Shown here in pieces: positions 16,987-25,380 of a stretch of DNA of 32,000 nucleotides; within the stretch, counting starts at the first letter, position 1; every line of letters starts with the position of its first letter. The DNA is taken from positions 630,001-662,000 of the forward strand of contig OY969931.1 in assembly GCA_963704705.1 (NCBI GenBank), in the 5' to 3' direction. Position numbers and translations under genes: made by a program. This stretch comes from an uncultured bacterium. GTDB taxonomy: Bacteria; Patescibacteriota; Gracilibacteria; UBA1369; PNNO01. The notes beneath the pieces are model-generated. The model made no database searches. It was not told the origin of the DNA and was given only the letters and a program-made list of their open reading frames with translations.

Positions 16987-18756
16987 TTAATTTTTAGGCT
17001 TTCTGATATCTATGTGCATTTCAGCAACCTGTTCGATTGGCATTTCAGACGGTGCATCGAGCATTAAGTCCCGGGCTCTTTGATCTTTTGGAAAAGCCAT
17101 AACTTCCCTGATATTAGGTTCTTTTTCTAAAATCATAACAACCCTGTCCATGCCAAGTGCTATGCCTCCATGAGGTGGGGCTCCGTATTCAAATGCTCTT
17201 AATAAATGTCCGAAACGTTTATCAGCATCTTCATCTGAAATATTTAATAATTTAAATATTTTGGCCTGAAGATCCGGTTCGTGAATTCTTATACTTCCTC
17301 CTCCAAGTTCAACCCCGTTAAGAACAAGATCGTAGGCGTATGCTCGTACTTCTTCTGGATTCGAATCCAATTTATCCAAATCTTCTTCCAATGGATGCGT
17401 AAATGGATGATGCTCGGCAGATAATTGATTTTCTTCCTGATTCCAGTGAAACATAGGGAAATTTGTAACCCAAAGATAACAAAGAGCATTTTCATCAATT
17501 AAACCTAGTTTGTTGCCACAAGCCAATCTAACCTGGCCGAGTGATTCGCAGGCAACCTGAAATTTGTCAGCGGCAAAGAAAACAATGTCTCCTTCTTTTG
17601 CTTTTGTGTGTTCTTTAATTTTGCTAAGTTCATCTTCTTTAAAGAATTTTGTGATTCCTCCGTCAGGTCCGTCTTTGGTGAATTTGATGTAAGCCAATCC
17701 TTTTGCTCCATATGTTTTTGCGGTCTCTTCAAGTTCGTCAATTTCTTTTCTTGTGAATTCCGCTCCTTTTTCAACTTTTAAAGCTTTTACGAATCCACCT
17801 TGTTGAATAGTATCTGAAAACACTTTGAATTCGCATGTTGAGGCTACTTCACTAATATCAGCAAATTTCATTTCAAATCTTAAATCGGGCTTATCACTGC
17901 CATAATTATTCATTGCATCATGCCAGCTTATTCTTTCAAAAGGTTCATATTGAAGTTTTCTTTCAGGGTACAATTCTTTTGAGAGACCGATCATTAAATC
18001 CTCCGTAACTTTCATAACATCATCCTCATGAACAAAAGACATTTCAAGGTCTAATTGAGTAAATTCAGGTTGTCTGTCACCACGTTGATCTTCATCTCTG
18101 AAACATCTGGCCATTTGATAATATCTATCAAACGAAGATATCATCAAAAGCTGTTTAAGTTGCTGAGGAGATTGAGGGAGTACATAAAAATGACCAGGAA
18201 ATAAACGAGAAGGAACAATATATTCCCGGCTTCCTTCAGGCGTTCCTTTGATCATCATCGGTGTTTCGATATCCAAAAACTTTAAGTCATCCAAATATCT
18301 TCTGATATAAGAATAAATTTTATGGCGGTTAACAATATTTTTGTGAAGACGTTCACGTCTTAGGTCGATATATCTGTATTTAAGCCTTATTTCTTCACTT
18401 ACTTCTTTATCCTGATCAACTTCAAACGGGGGAGTTTTAGCTTCATTTAATATAGCTGCTTTTTCAACTAAAATTTCGATTTCTCCTGTATCCAGATTTT
18501 TATTTGTCTGACCTTCCGGTCTTTTACGTACTGTTCCTTCAATTTCAAGAACATATTCGGATCTGCATCTGTCACCTATAGTAAAAGTATCTTCTTGTTC
18601 AGGGTCAAAAACTATTTGAGTAAGGCCATATCCATCTCTAAGATCAATAAAAATTAATCCGCCGTGATCTCTTCTTCTATGAACCCAACCAGCTAATTTA
18701 ACTTTTTCACCTTCATTTTTGGTCGAAAGTTCGTTGCAGGTATGTGTACGATACAT
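16987..18756 (-). CDS. aspS: Aspartate--tRNA ligase
   Basis: 589 aa with an N-terminal OB fold (GWVHRRRDHGGLIFIDLRD) and class II motifs FRDEDQRGDRQPEFTQLDLE and GGIALGMDR. Confidence 0.95.
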   Translation of the reverse strand: MYRTHTCNELSTKNEGEKVKLAGWVHRRRDHGGLIFIDLRDGYGLTQIVFDPEQEDTFTIGDRCRSEYVLEIEGTVRKRPEGQTNKNLDTGEIEILVEKAAILNEAKTPPFEVDQDKEVSEEIRLKYRYIDLRRERLHKNIVNRHKIYSYIRRYLDDLKFLDIETPMMIKGTPEGSREYIVPSRLFPGHFYVLPQSPQQLKQLLMISSFDRYYQMARCFRDEDQRGDRQPEFTQLDLEMSFVHEDDVMKVTEDLMIGLSKELYPERKLQYEPFERISWHDAMNNYGSDKPDLRFEMKFADISEVASTCEFKVFSDTIQQGGFVKALKVEKGAEFTRKEIDELEETAKTYGAKGLAYIKFTKDGPDGGITKFFKEDELSKIKEHTKAKEGDIVFFAADKFQVACESLGQVRLACGNKLGLIDENALCYLWVTNFPMFHWNQEENQLSAEHHPFTHPLEEDLDKLDSNPEEVRAYAYDLVLNGVELGGGSIRIHEPDLQAKIFKLLNISDEDADKRFGHLLRAFEYGAPPHGGIALGMDRVVMILEKEPNIREVMAFPKDQRARDLMLDAPSEMPIEQVAEMHIDIRKPKN

Positions 18757-18827
18757 ATTATTTTAATTACTGATTACTTTTTACTATTATCATAATTCAC
18801 CACTATTTAACAGTTAAAAATCATCAC

Positions 18828-18855
18828 TTGACATTTGTAATAAATTTGTTATAAT
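18828..18855 (+). promoter_or_regulatory. Near-consensus sigma-70 type promoter
   Basis: TTGACA (18828-18833), 16-nt spacer, TATAAT (18850-18855), about 45 nt upstream of the ATG at 18899. Confidence 0.5.
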
Positions 18856-18898
18856 AAAATTCAAATTTAATTTTTCTACTTTTTTAAAAAACAATATT

Positions 18899-19102
18899 AT
18901 GGGTTATATGATTATCGATATTTCCGGTGGTGAAGTAGTTGAGAAATCTGATAGTCCAGCAGATAAACCAAATACACTTGATGAAAATGAAATTACCGAA
19001 GAAACGGGTGTACAAATAATACCTTTAGTACCGGACGGGCATCTTATTCAACAAGAAATACAAAGAAGAGCTGTGATTATCAGACAAATAAACAATAATT
19101 AA
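18899..19102 (+). CDS. Small acidic hypothetical protein (67 aa)
   Basis: An ORF preceded by a near-consensus promoter. No family recognised. Convergent with dnaE and overlaps its stop by 4 nt. Confidence 0.4.
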   Translation: MGYMIIDISGGEVVEKSDSPADKPNTLDENEITEETGVQIIPLVPDGHLIQQEIQRRAVIIRQINNN

Positions 19103-22100
19103 CCGGGTATAAGTTCTTTCAATTTATTTTCTAAAGTGTCATTTGTGTTAATTCCAAATGGCACTTTTATTTTTTTAATTGAACCATTGTCGCGAATATG
19201 AATCTCGCATGGAGTTTCGCCTTTATTATCAAGTAATAGTTGTTTGATTTTGTTCAGAATTTGAGCATCTGCATAAGCCGGTATATTCACGATGAAGGCT
19301 TCGATTTTTGGTTTGGGTGGTTCAGGTTCATTATCATTAATTTCTTCAGCAGGCTCATCAAAATTAGGTGTCAAAAGCACAACTTTTTCTTTTGGATCAT
19401 ACATATTATCTTCTTTTGCTTTTTTAATCATATTTTCTAATGAAACACCCTTGGCATCATCACAAACAAACTGCAGCTGACCTCTTCGGTCATCCAATTT
19501 ACCTCCCATTACTACTACTTCATCTTCGTTAAATAAATGGCCGTATTTTTGGTATGCTTTAGGGAAAACAATAACATCCAGTTTTCCGGTAGGATCTTCA
19601 ATTACAAAAGAAGCCATATAAGCACCGTTTTTTGTAAAGATTTTTCTGTATTGAGTGATTAAACCACAAATAACAATTTTCTTACCGAAATCCTTTTTCT
19701 TTAAATTGTTTATAAGATGGGCTTTTTTGCTTATGTATTTTTTTAAACCCTGAAGCGGATGACTCGAAACATAAAGTCCCAAATAAGTTTTTTCCCATTT
19801 AAGTTTCTCCATATTTGTTGCCGGCTCTGTTTTTTTAAGTTCCAGTTTTGCTGTAATTGATTCTTCGTCAGTATCAAGCATTCCAAAAATATCAGTCTGG
19901 CCGTCTACGCGTGTTTTCTGGCTATACTTAGCGAAATTAGTGATTTCTTCAACACTTTCGGCAAGCTGTTTTCTTTCACCGAATTCATCCATTGCGCCGC
20001 TATATGCAAGTGCTTCAATGGTTTTTTTATTTATAACTTTTTGAGGTACCCTTGCAATAAAATCTTCGAGATTTTTGTATGGCTGATCACCACGGGCATT
20101 AATGATTTCATCAGCCGGAGCATCACCAATTCCTTTGATTGCAGCAAGTCCGAATCTTATTATTTTTGAATCAACATAAGTGAAGTTTTTATAAGATTCA
20201 TTTACTGAAGGCGGTAAAACCTGAATCCCCATTGAGTCACATTCAAGAATCTCCAAAACGATCTTATCTGTATTCCCATAATCACAGCACATAAGCGCAG
20301 TCATAAATTCGGTAGGGAAGTGGGCTTTCATATAAGCTGTAAGATACGAAATCATTCCATACGATGTAGCGTGAGCTTTATTAAAGCCATACCCCGCAAA
20401 AGGCAAAATAACTTTTTCAAATACTTCGTCTGCAAATTTTCTGTCATGGCCCTGTGCTTCGCTGCTTTCAACAAACTTTTTATGTTGTTCAGCAAGAAGT
20501 TCCGGGATTTTTTTACCTACTGCTTTTCTTAAAATATCCGCTTCTCCAAGGCTGAATCCTGCAAAATCACGGGCAATCTGTAAAATCTGTTCCTGATAAA
20601 TCGCTACACCATATGTTTCCTGCAGAATTGGTTCAAATATAGGGTGCAAATATTTAACTTTTTTTGGATTATGAGCACCTTTTATATAACTAGGAATCCA
20701 TTCCATAGGACCAGGTCTGTATAGCGAAATCATTGCAATAATATCCTCAAATTTATCTGGTTTAAGCTGTTTTAAATATCTTTTCATGCCGGGTGATTCA
20801 AGCTGGAATACACCTGAAGTTTCACCTTTTTGAAATAGCTCAAATGTTTTTTTGTCATTTAAAGGAATTGTATCTAATGATAGTTCTATGTTTTTTGTTC
20901 TTTGAACAATTTTTATAACTTTCTCTAATAAAGTAAGATTTTTTAAACCTAAGAAGTCCATTTTAAGAAGCCCGATATCTTCAATGGGCTTCATTGAATA
21001 TTGCGTAATAACAGCGTTTTCATCAGCAGGAGAGCGTTGCAGGGCAGTATAGTTAACCAAAGGTTTATCTGAGATCACAACCGCGCATGCATGTGTTCCT
21101 GCGTGCCTTACTGTACCATCTAGTTTCGCAGCTATATCAAGAAGTTTTTTTGCGCTTTCATCACTTTCGTAAACAGCACTTAAATCAGGATCATGATGAA
21201 TTGATTCTATTAAAGGTGCGTGTTTGCCAAGAATTGTTGGCGGCACAAGTTTTGCCAATCGATCAACTTCCGCATAAGGATAACCCATTCCACGCCCCAC
21301 ATCACGGACAACTGCTTTTGCGGTCATTGTTCCGAAGGTAATAATTTGAGCAACATTTTCTCGTCCATATTTTTTTACAACATAATCCAAAACTTCATCT
21401 CTACGGGAATCAGCAAAATCTATATCAATATCAGGCATCGAAACACGTGCCGGATTCAAAAATCTCTCAAATAAGAGACCATATTTCAAAGGATCGATTG
21501 TGGTAATATCCAAAGAATAAGCAATGATTGAACCAGCTGCTGAACCGCGACCGGGACCAACTAAAATATCATTATCTTTTGCGAATTTAACAAAGTCATG
21601 AACTATCAAAAAGTAAGTATTAAAGCCCATTTCATCAACAACCTTTAGCTCGTATTCCAGCCTTTCAAAAGCTTTTTCCTGCATGTCTTCGCTATATTTT
21701 TCTTTTATTCCCTGTTCGCATAACTTCTTTAAGTAATCTTTAGGATTTTCATTTTGCGGTGTTGGAAAAGCAGGAAGTAAGTGTTTTCCGAATTCCAATT
21801 CCAAATTACATTGTTCCGCTATTTTTATTGTGTTTTCGATTGCTTCAGGAGTATTTTTAAAGGTTTCTTTCATTTCATCCGGAGATCTCAGAGAATAATC
21901 ACCAATATATTTCATTCTGTCGCCATCCTGCACACTTTTACCTGTTTGAATGCACAAAAGTACATCATGTACTTCAGCGTCTTCTTTATTAACATAATGA
22001 GCGTCATTGGTAGCAATTAATGGAGCATTTGCGATTTTGGCGAGTTCGATCATTTTTTTATTAACAATCATCTGCTGTTCAAGCTCAGGATGATATTGCA

Positions 22101-22620
22101 TTTCAAGAAAGAAATTTTCTTTGCCAAAAATATCCTGATACTTTTTGATTGCTTCTATTGCTTTATCTTCACTGTTTTCAAGAATTATTCTTGGGATTTC
22201 ACCTGCCAGACAGGCAGTTGATGCGATTAAACCTTCAGAATGCGCTTTCAACAGTCCAAAATCCATGCGAGGCTTATAGTAAAATCCTTCTAATTGAGCT
22301 TTAGAACAAAGTTCCAATAGATTGTGATAACCTTCTTTATTTTTAGCCAATAAAACTAAATGGAATGGTTTATTGTCAGGACCTGGTTTCTTTTCGAATC
22401 TGGATTCCGGAGCAATATAGGCTTCGACACCCAAAATTGGCTTTATATCGGCGCTTTTACAAGCTTTATAAAACTCGATTGCACCATACATTACGCCGTG
22501 ATCAGTTAAAGCTATAGCAGGGGAGCCTTGTTCTTTGGCTTTATTTGCTATATCTTTTGGCTTTCCCAAGCCATCTAAAAGACTGTAGTGACTATGTACA
22601 TGCAAGTGCACAAAAGACAT
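19099..22620 (-). CDS. dnaE: DNA polymerase III alpha subunit
   Basis: 1173 aa with an N-terminal PHP domain (HLHVHSHYSLLDG), a polymerase core (PDIDIDF) and a C-terminal OB-fold region. Confidence 0.95.
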   Translation of the reverse strand: MSFVHLHVHSHYSLLDGLGKPKDIANKAKEQGSPAIALTDHGVMYGAIEFYKACKSADIKPILGVEAYIAPESRFEKKPGPDNKPFHLVLLAKNKEGYHNLLELCSKAQLEGFYYKPRMDFGLLKAHSEGLIASTACLAGEIPRIILENSEDKAIEAIKKYQDIFGKENFFLEMQYHPELEQQMIVNKKMIELAKIANAPLIATNDAHYVNKEDAEVHDVLLCIQTGKSVQDGDRMKYIGDYSLRSPDEMKETFKNTPEAIENTIKIAEQCNLELEFGKHLLPAFPTPQNENPKDYLKKLCEQGIKEKYSEDMQEKAFERLEYELKVVDEMGFNTYFLIVHDFVKFAKDNDILVGPGRGSAAGSIIAYSLDITTIDPLKYGLLFERFLNPARVSMPDIDIDFADSRRDEVLDYVVKKYGRENVAQIITFGTMTAKAVVRDVGRGMGYPYAEVDRLAKLVPPTILGKHAPLIESIHHDPDLSAVYESDESAKKLLDIAAKLDGTVRHAGTHACAVVISDKPLVNYTALQRSPADENAVITQYSMKPIEDIGLLKMDFLGLKNLTLLEKVIKIVQRTKNIELSLDTIPLNDKKTFELFQKGETSGVFQLESPGMKRYLKQLKPDKFEDIIAMISLYRPGPMEWIPSYIKGAHNPKKVKYLHPIFEPILQETYGVAIYQEQILQIARDFAGFSLGEADILRKAVGKKIPELLAEQHKKFVESSEAQGHDRKFADEVFEKVILPFAGYGFNKAHATSYGMISYLTAYMKAHFPTEFMTALMCCDYGNTDKIVLEILECDSMGIQVLPPSVNESYKNFTYVDSKIIRFGLAAIKGIGDAPADEIINARGDQPYKNLEDFIARVPQKVINKKTIEALAYSGAMDEFGERKQLAESVEEITNFAKYSQKTRVDGQTDIFGMLDTDEESITAKLELKKTEPATNMEKLKWEKTYLGLYVSSHPLQGLKKYISKKAHLINNLKKKDFGKKIVICGLITQYRKIFTKNGAYMASFVIEDPTGKLDVIVFPKAYQKYGHLFNEDEVVVMGGKLDDRRGQLQFVCDDAKGVSLENMIKKAKEDNMYDPKEKVVLLTPNFDEPAEEINDNEPEPPKPKIEAFIVNIPAYADAQILNKIKQLLLDNKGETPCEIHIRDNGSIKKIKVPFGINTNDTLENKLKELIPG

Positions 22621-22683
22621 AATTTTTCTAAAGGTTAGGCCTTGATACTTTACAGTGAAGGTATGCTTTTTACAATGTTTAGT

Positions 22684-22711
22684 TACTAAGTAAGGGGGGC
22701 CTTACTTAGTA
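22684..22711. promoter_or_regulatory. 12-bp perfect inverted repeat in the dnaE/surface-protein divergent region
   Basis: TACTAAGTAAGG-GGGG-CCTTACTTAGTA, 64 nt upstream of the dnaE ATG. It is followed by a smaller hairpin, CTTGC-TAA-GCAAG. Confidence 0.4.
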
Positions 22712-22734
22712 TGTAGGTACTTGCTAAGCAAGGG

Positions 22735-22763
22735 TTTACAAAAAGGTTAAAAAAATGTATAAT
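22735..22763 (+). promoter_or_regulatory. Sigma-70 type promoter candidate for the 22814 gene
   Basis: TTTACA (22735-22740), 17-nt spacer, TATAAT (22758-22763). Confidence 0.45.
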
Positions 22764-22813
22764 AGAGTATAGGAATATTAATATATTTCCAAAAATAAAT
22801 AACAAAAATAAAC

Positions 22814-24931
22814 ATGGAAGAAATGCAAACTCCTCAGGAGAATGCGCCAAATCAAACGCCAGCTGCAAATCCTGCGCCGGCTCCAATGGCAGCTCCTGAA
22901 AAAACACCTGCTCCTAAAAAGAAAGGTGGATTATTAAAAATTCTTCTTGTAGTACTTATTCTGGCTATTGCCGGCGGTGCTGCTACCTGGTATTTCTTGG
23001 GAATGCCCGGTTTAGAGGAACAACCTCCTTCTCTTGAACTTGGAGGAAGCAAATTCCAAGGTCAATCAATTGGTGAAAAAGTTGGTTCTTTAAAGTTCGA
23101 CCAGAAAGATGTCGATGATTATTCGGCTCCTGCTGGTGCTAGCCTTAAACTTTCAAAAACTGGTGTAAATTATTTTTATTCTGAACAAGAGCTAACTATT
23201 AGCGATGTTATTGATAATATTAAGCCTCAAGAAGGACTTGAAATATTAGTAGCATTCTATAGCCCTGAGGAAACAGAATTAGGTACTAAGAAATGTTATT
23301 ATATTTATCCAAAAGGCCCATATGGCAATACATGTGAAATTACAAATCCAGATACATTTAAAATACCAGCAGGAAGAGCAATGGCAATTATCGCAGGAAC
23401 CGATGTGACTAAATACGAAATTGATTCATTCGAATATAATGAAACTGTATTAAAAGGAGCTAATAAATTAGCTAGTAAGAATTACATTGATGATTACGTA
23501 GGTAAAGTTGAGGGATGGCTTATGGTTCCTGTTAGAGGTGCTGGTGACATTAATGTGGCCGCAGAAGGCTCTGTTTGGAAAATGACCGGTGATAATAAGT
23601 TTGATAAAGTTTCTGATAAAGCTAATCCGGGATTATCTGGCAATTTTTCATTAGCTTGGTTTAAATTGGGTGCTCCAGCTACTGCAGAACCTGATACTGA
23701 AACTACAACAACAACTACTACTACAACTACAACTGAAACAACCAGTACAACTCCAGCACCGGTTTGTGGCAATGGTGATATTGAAGAAGGCGAAACTTGT
23801 GATGATGGAAATACAGTAAATGGCGATGGTTGTGATTCTTCTTGTAAAATAGAAGAAGTGGCTTCTACTACACCAGTTTGTGGGAACGGTATAGTTGAAG
23901 AAGGTGAAACTTGTGATGATGGAAATACAGTAAATGGCGATGGTTGTGACTCTTCTTGTAAAATAGAAGAAGTGGCTTCTACTACACCAGTTTGTGGGAA
24001 CGGTATAGTTGAAGAAGGTGAAAAATGTGATGATGGTGACGATATCAATACAAATGCATGCAGTAATGATTGCCAGATCATAAAAAGTATGGTGGATATG
24101 ACTGATAGATTTCCTGTTAAACAAACGTCTATTGTTACTAAAGATATTATATCTACAGATAAAAGGACTACCACAGATTCAACTACCACTAAGTCAACTA
24201 GTACTGGGTCAACTACTCCTACTACTTCTAATGTAAAAATTGAAAGTATTGAATACATAGATAATATTAAAAACCAATTTCCAAATGCTACTTTAAATGC
24301 TCCATTTAATGAAACTTTATTTTCTCCTAATGCTGCCGCAGATCCTTTGAATCCACCTGTTCAATTGCGCAGAGATGATGGTATCGGTGATAAAGCCATT
24401 ACTGCCGTTAAAGTAAAAGTTGCAAGTACTAGTGGAGGTCCGGCATATTTAAATCATTTGAATTTTGGTACAGATGGTTATAAACGAACTTCAGCTACAA
24501 CAGAAGAGTATGCAAATTCTGCAATTGACGGATTTTGTACTGGTTCAGGTGCTTGGGAAATATGGAAATTAGCTCCTAATGCCACTGGTTACAGTTCTCA
24601 GCTTGTTCTTCGTGATGATGATAAAGATTATCAATTTGAAGGTGATAATGGAGAATTCTATGATAAAGCTAAGGTAAAAATTAATCCTGGAGAATGGGCA
24701 ATATTTGTTTTGGTGGAAAAAAATATTGAGAATTGTGCACCAAACGATATAAGTAAAGCAACTCAACTTTCTGATGTTTTAACTTCAAGATCAACAACAA
24801 AATACAGTTTAATGAAATTTGTTGATGATAATAATTTACCTGTATTAAATAATAGCGGAGTTGTAACTGAACGATTTATGCACACAGATATTGATTTCCA
24901 TGAATATGGAAGATGGACATATTGGTATTAA
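22814..24931 (+). CDS. Membrane-anchored surface protein with poly-Thr linkers and three cysteine-rich CGNG...CDDGN...GDGC repeats
   Basis: 705 aa with one N-terminal TM helix (LLKILLVVLILAIAGGAATWYF) and a T-rich linker (TETTTTTTTTTTTETTSTT). Three 38-aa repeats, PVCGNGxxEEGExCDDGNTVNGDGCDSSCKIEE, resemble the Myxococcus-type cysteine-rich repeat. The C-terminal domain is unrecognised. Confidence 0.8.
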   Translation: MEEMQTPQENAPNQTPAANPAPAPMAAPEKTPAPKKKGGLLKILLVVLILAIAGGAATWYFLGMPGLEEQPPSLELGGSKFQGQSIGEKVGSLKFDQKDVDDYSAPAGASLKLSKTGVNYFYSEQELTISDVIDNIKPQEGLEILVAFYSPEETELGTKKCYYIYPKGPYGNTCEITNPDTFKIPAGRAMAIIAGTDVTKYEIDSFEYNETVLKGANKLASKNYIDDYVGKVEGWLMVPVRGAGDINVAAEGSVWKMTGDNKFDKVSDKANPGLSGNFSLAWFKLGAPATAEPDTETTTTTTTTTTTETTSTTPAPVCGNGDIEEGETCDDGNTVNGDGCDSSCKIEEVASTTPVCGNGIVEEGETCDDGNTVNGDGCDSSCKIEEVASTTPVCGNGIVEEGEKCDDGDDINTNACSNDCQIIKSMVDMTDRFPVKQTSIVTKDIISTDKRTTTDSTTTKSTSTGSTTPTTSNVKIESIEYIDNIKNQFPNATLNAPFNETLFSPNAAADPLNPPVQLRRDDGIGDKAITAVKVKVASTSGGPAYLNHLNFGTDGYKRTSATTEEYANSAIDGFCTGSGAWEIWKLAPNATGYSSQLVLRDDDKDYQFEGDNGEFYDKAKVKINPGEWAIFVLVEKNIENCAPNDISKATQLSDVLTSRSTTKYSLMKFVDDNNLPVLNNSGVVTERFMHTDIDFHEYGRWTYWY
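23759..24085 (+). repeat. In-frame 114-bp tandem repeat, three copies
   Basis: Copies start at 23759, 23873 and 23987. Copies 1 and 2 differ at 9 of 114 positions by my count. Copy 3 matches copy 2 for the first 37 nt and then diverges. Confidence 0.9.
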
Positions 24932-24952
24932 TATTTAATCTATTTTGATTTT

Positions 24953-24989
24953 AAAAGGCCCTATTCATTTATTGGATGGGGTCTTTTTT
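24953..24989 (+). terminator. Rho-independent terminator after the surface-protein gene (weaker in the reverse direction)
   Basis: AAAAGGCCC (24953-24961) pairs with GGGTCTTTT (24979-24987, one G-U pair) around a 17-nt loop, followed by TT. A runs upstream give partial bidirectional potential. Confidence 0.5.
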
Positions 24990-24995
24990 AAAATT

Positions 24996-25057
24996 TGGCT
25001 TCCGCTCCGTGCGCTTCGCGCACTCCAAAAGACCTTCGGGCTTCGCCCTGCGGTCTG
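24996..25057 (-). other. GC-rich multi-hairpin module directly abutting the tRNA-Leu CCA end (second copy of the family)
   Basis: In minus-strand sense it reads C-AGACC..GGGC-GAA-GCCC..GGTCT (25056-25030), TTTTGGAG (25030-25023), GTGCGC-GAA-GCGCAC (25023-25009) and GC-GGAA-GC. It has two GCGAAGC heptamers. It begins immediately after CCA, like the element at 3393. Confidence 0.35.
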
Positions 25058-25142
25058 TGGTGCCGGGAAGAGGACTCGAACCTCCACGGGTTGCCCCACT
25101 AGCTCCTAAGGCTAGCGTGTCTACCAATTCCACCATCCCGGC
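25058..25142 (-). tRNA. tRNA-Leu (anticodon UAG), long variable arm, CCA encoded
   Basis: The reverse complement reads GCCGGGA TG GTGGAATTGGTAGACAC G CTAGC CTTAGGA GCTAG (variable arm) GGAGGTTCGAGTCCTCT TCCCGGC ACCA. Acceptor and anticodon stems pair perfectly. Confidence 0.9.
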
Positions 25143-25164
25143 ATGTTGTTTTTAGAGCTTTGTA

Positions 25165-25193
25165 AATTTATCAAATACATATTTTTAAGTCAA
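25165..25193 (-). promoter_or_regulatory. Sigma-70 type promoter for tRNA-Leu
   Basis: On the minus strand, TTGACT (25193-25188), 17-nt spacer, TAAATT (25170-25165). This places the predicted transcription start about 15-20 nt before the tRNA 5' end. Confidence 0.5.
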
Positions 25194-25239
25194 TAAATTT
25201 AATCCTGTTTTTGTATTAATTAAAAAACAAAAAAAAGAT

Positions 25240-25268
25240 TTGACAAACCTGTCGAAGTTGACTATTAT
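25240..25268 (+). promoter_or_regulatory. Sigma-70 type promoter for the 25381 gene
   Basis: TTGACA (25240-25245), 17-nt spacer, TATTAT (25263-25268). Confidence 0.55.
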
Positions 25269-25380
25269 AGTTCTCCAAAATACTTTTTAAAACAATATTG
25301 CATCATAATCAATTTTCTTGCTTGACATACCAATGCAATAATAATAATCTACAAGCACCTTAGCTCCAACCAATATATTT

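Noticed and set aside
23759-24085. Regularly spaced 114-bp repeats, considered as a possible CRISPR array or non-coding tandem array.
   Set aside because: The repeats are contiguous with no unique spacers, remain in frame and encode a recognisable cysteine-rich protein repeat. No cas genes are nearby.
23494-24258. Long antisense ORFs (254 aa and 157 aa) opposite the surface-protein gene.
   Set aside because: They exist only because the repeat and poly-Thr region lacks stops on the opposite strand. Their translations are low-complexity (poly-Val, Ser/Pro-rich). The sense frame has clear domain structure.
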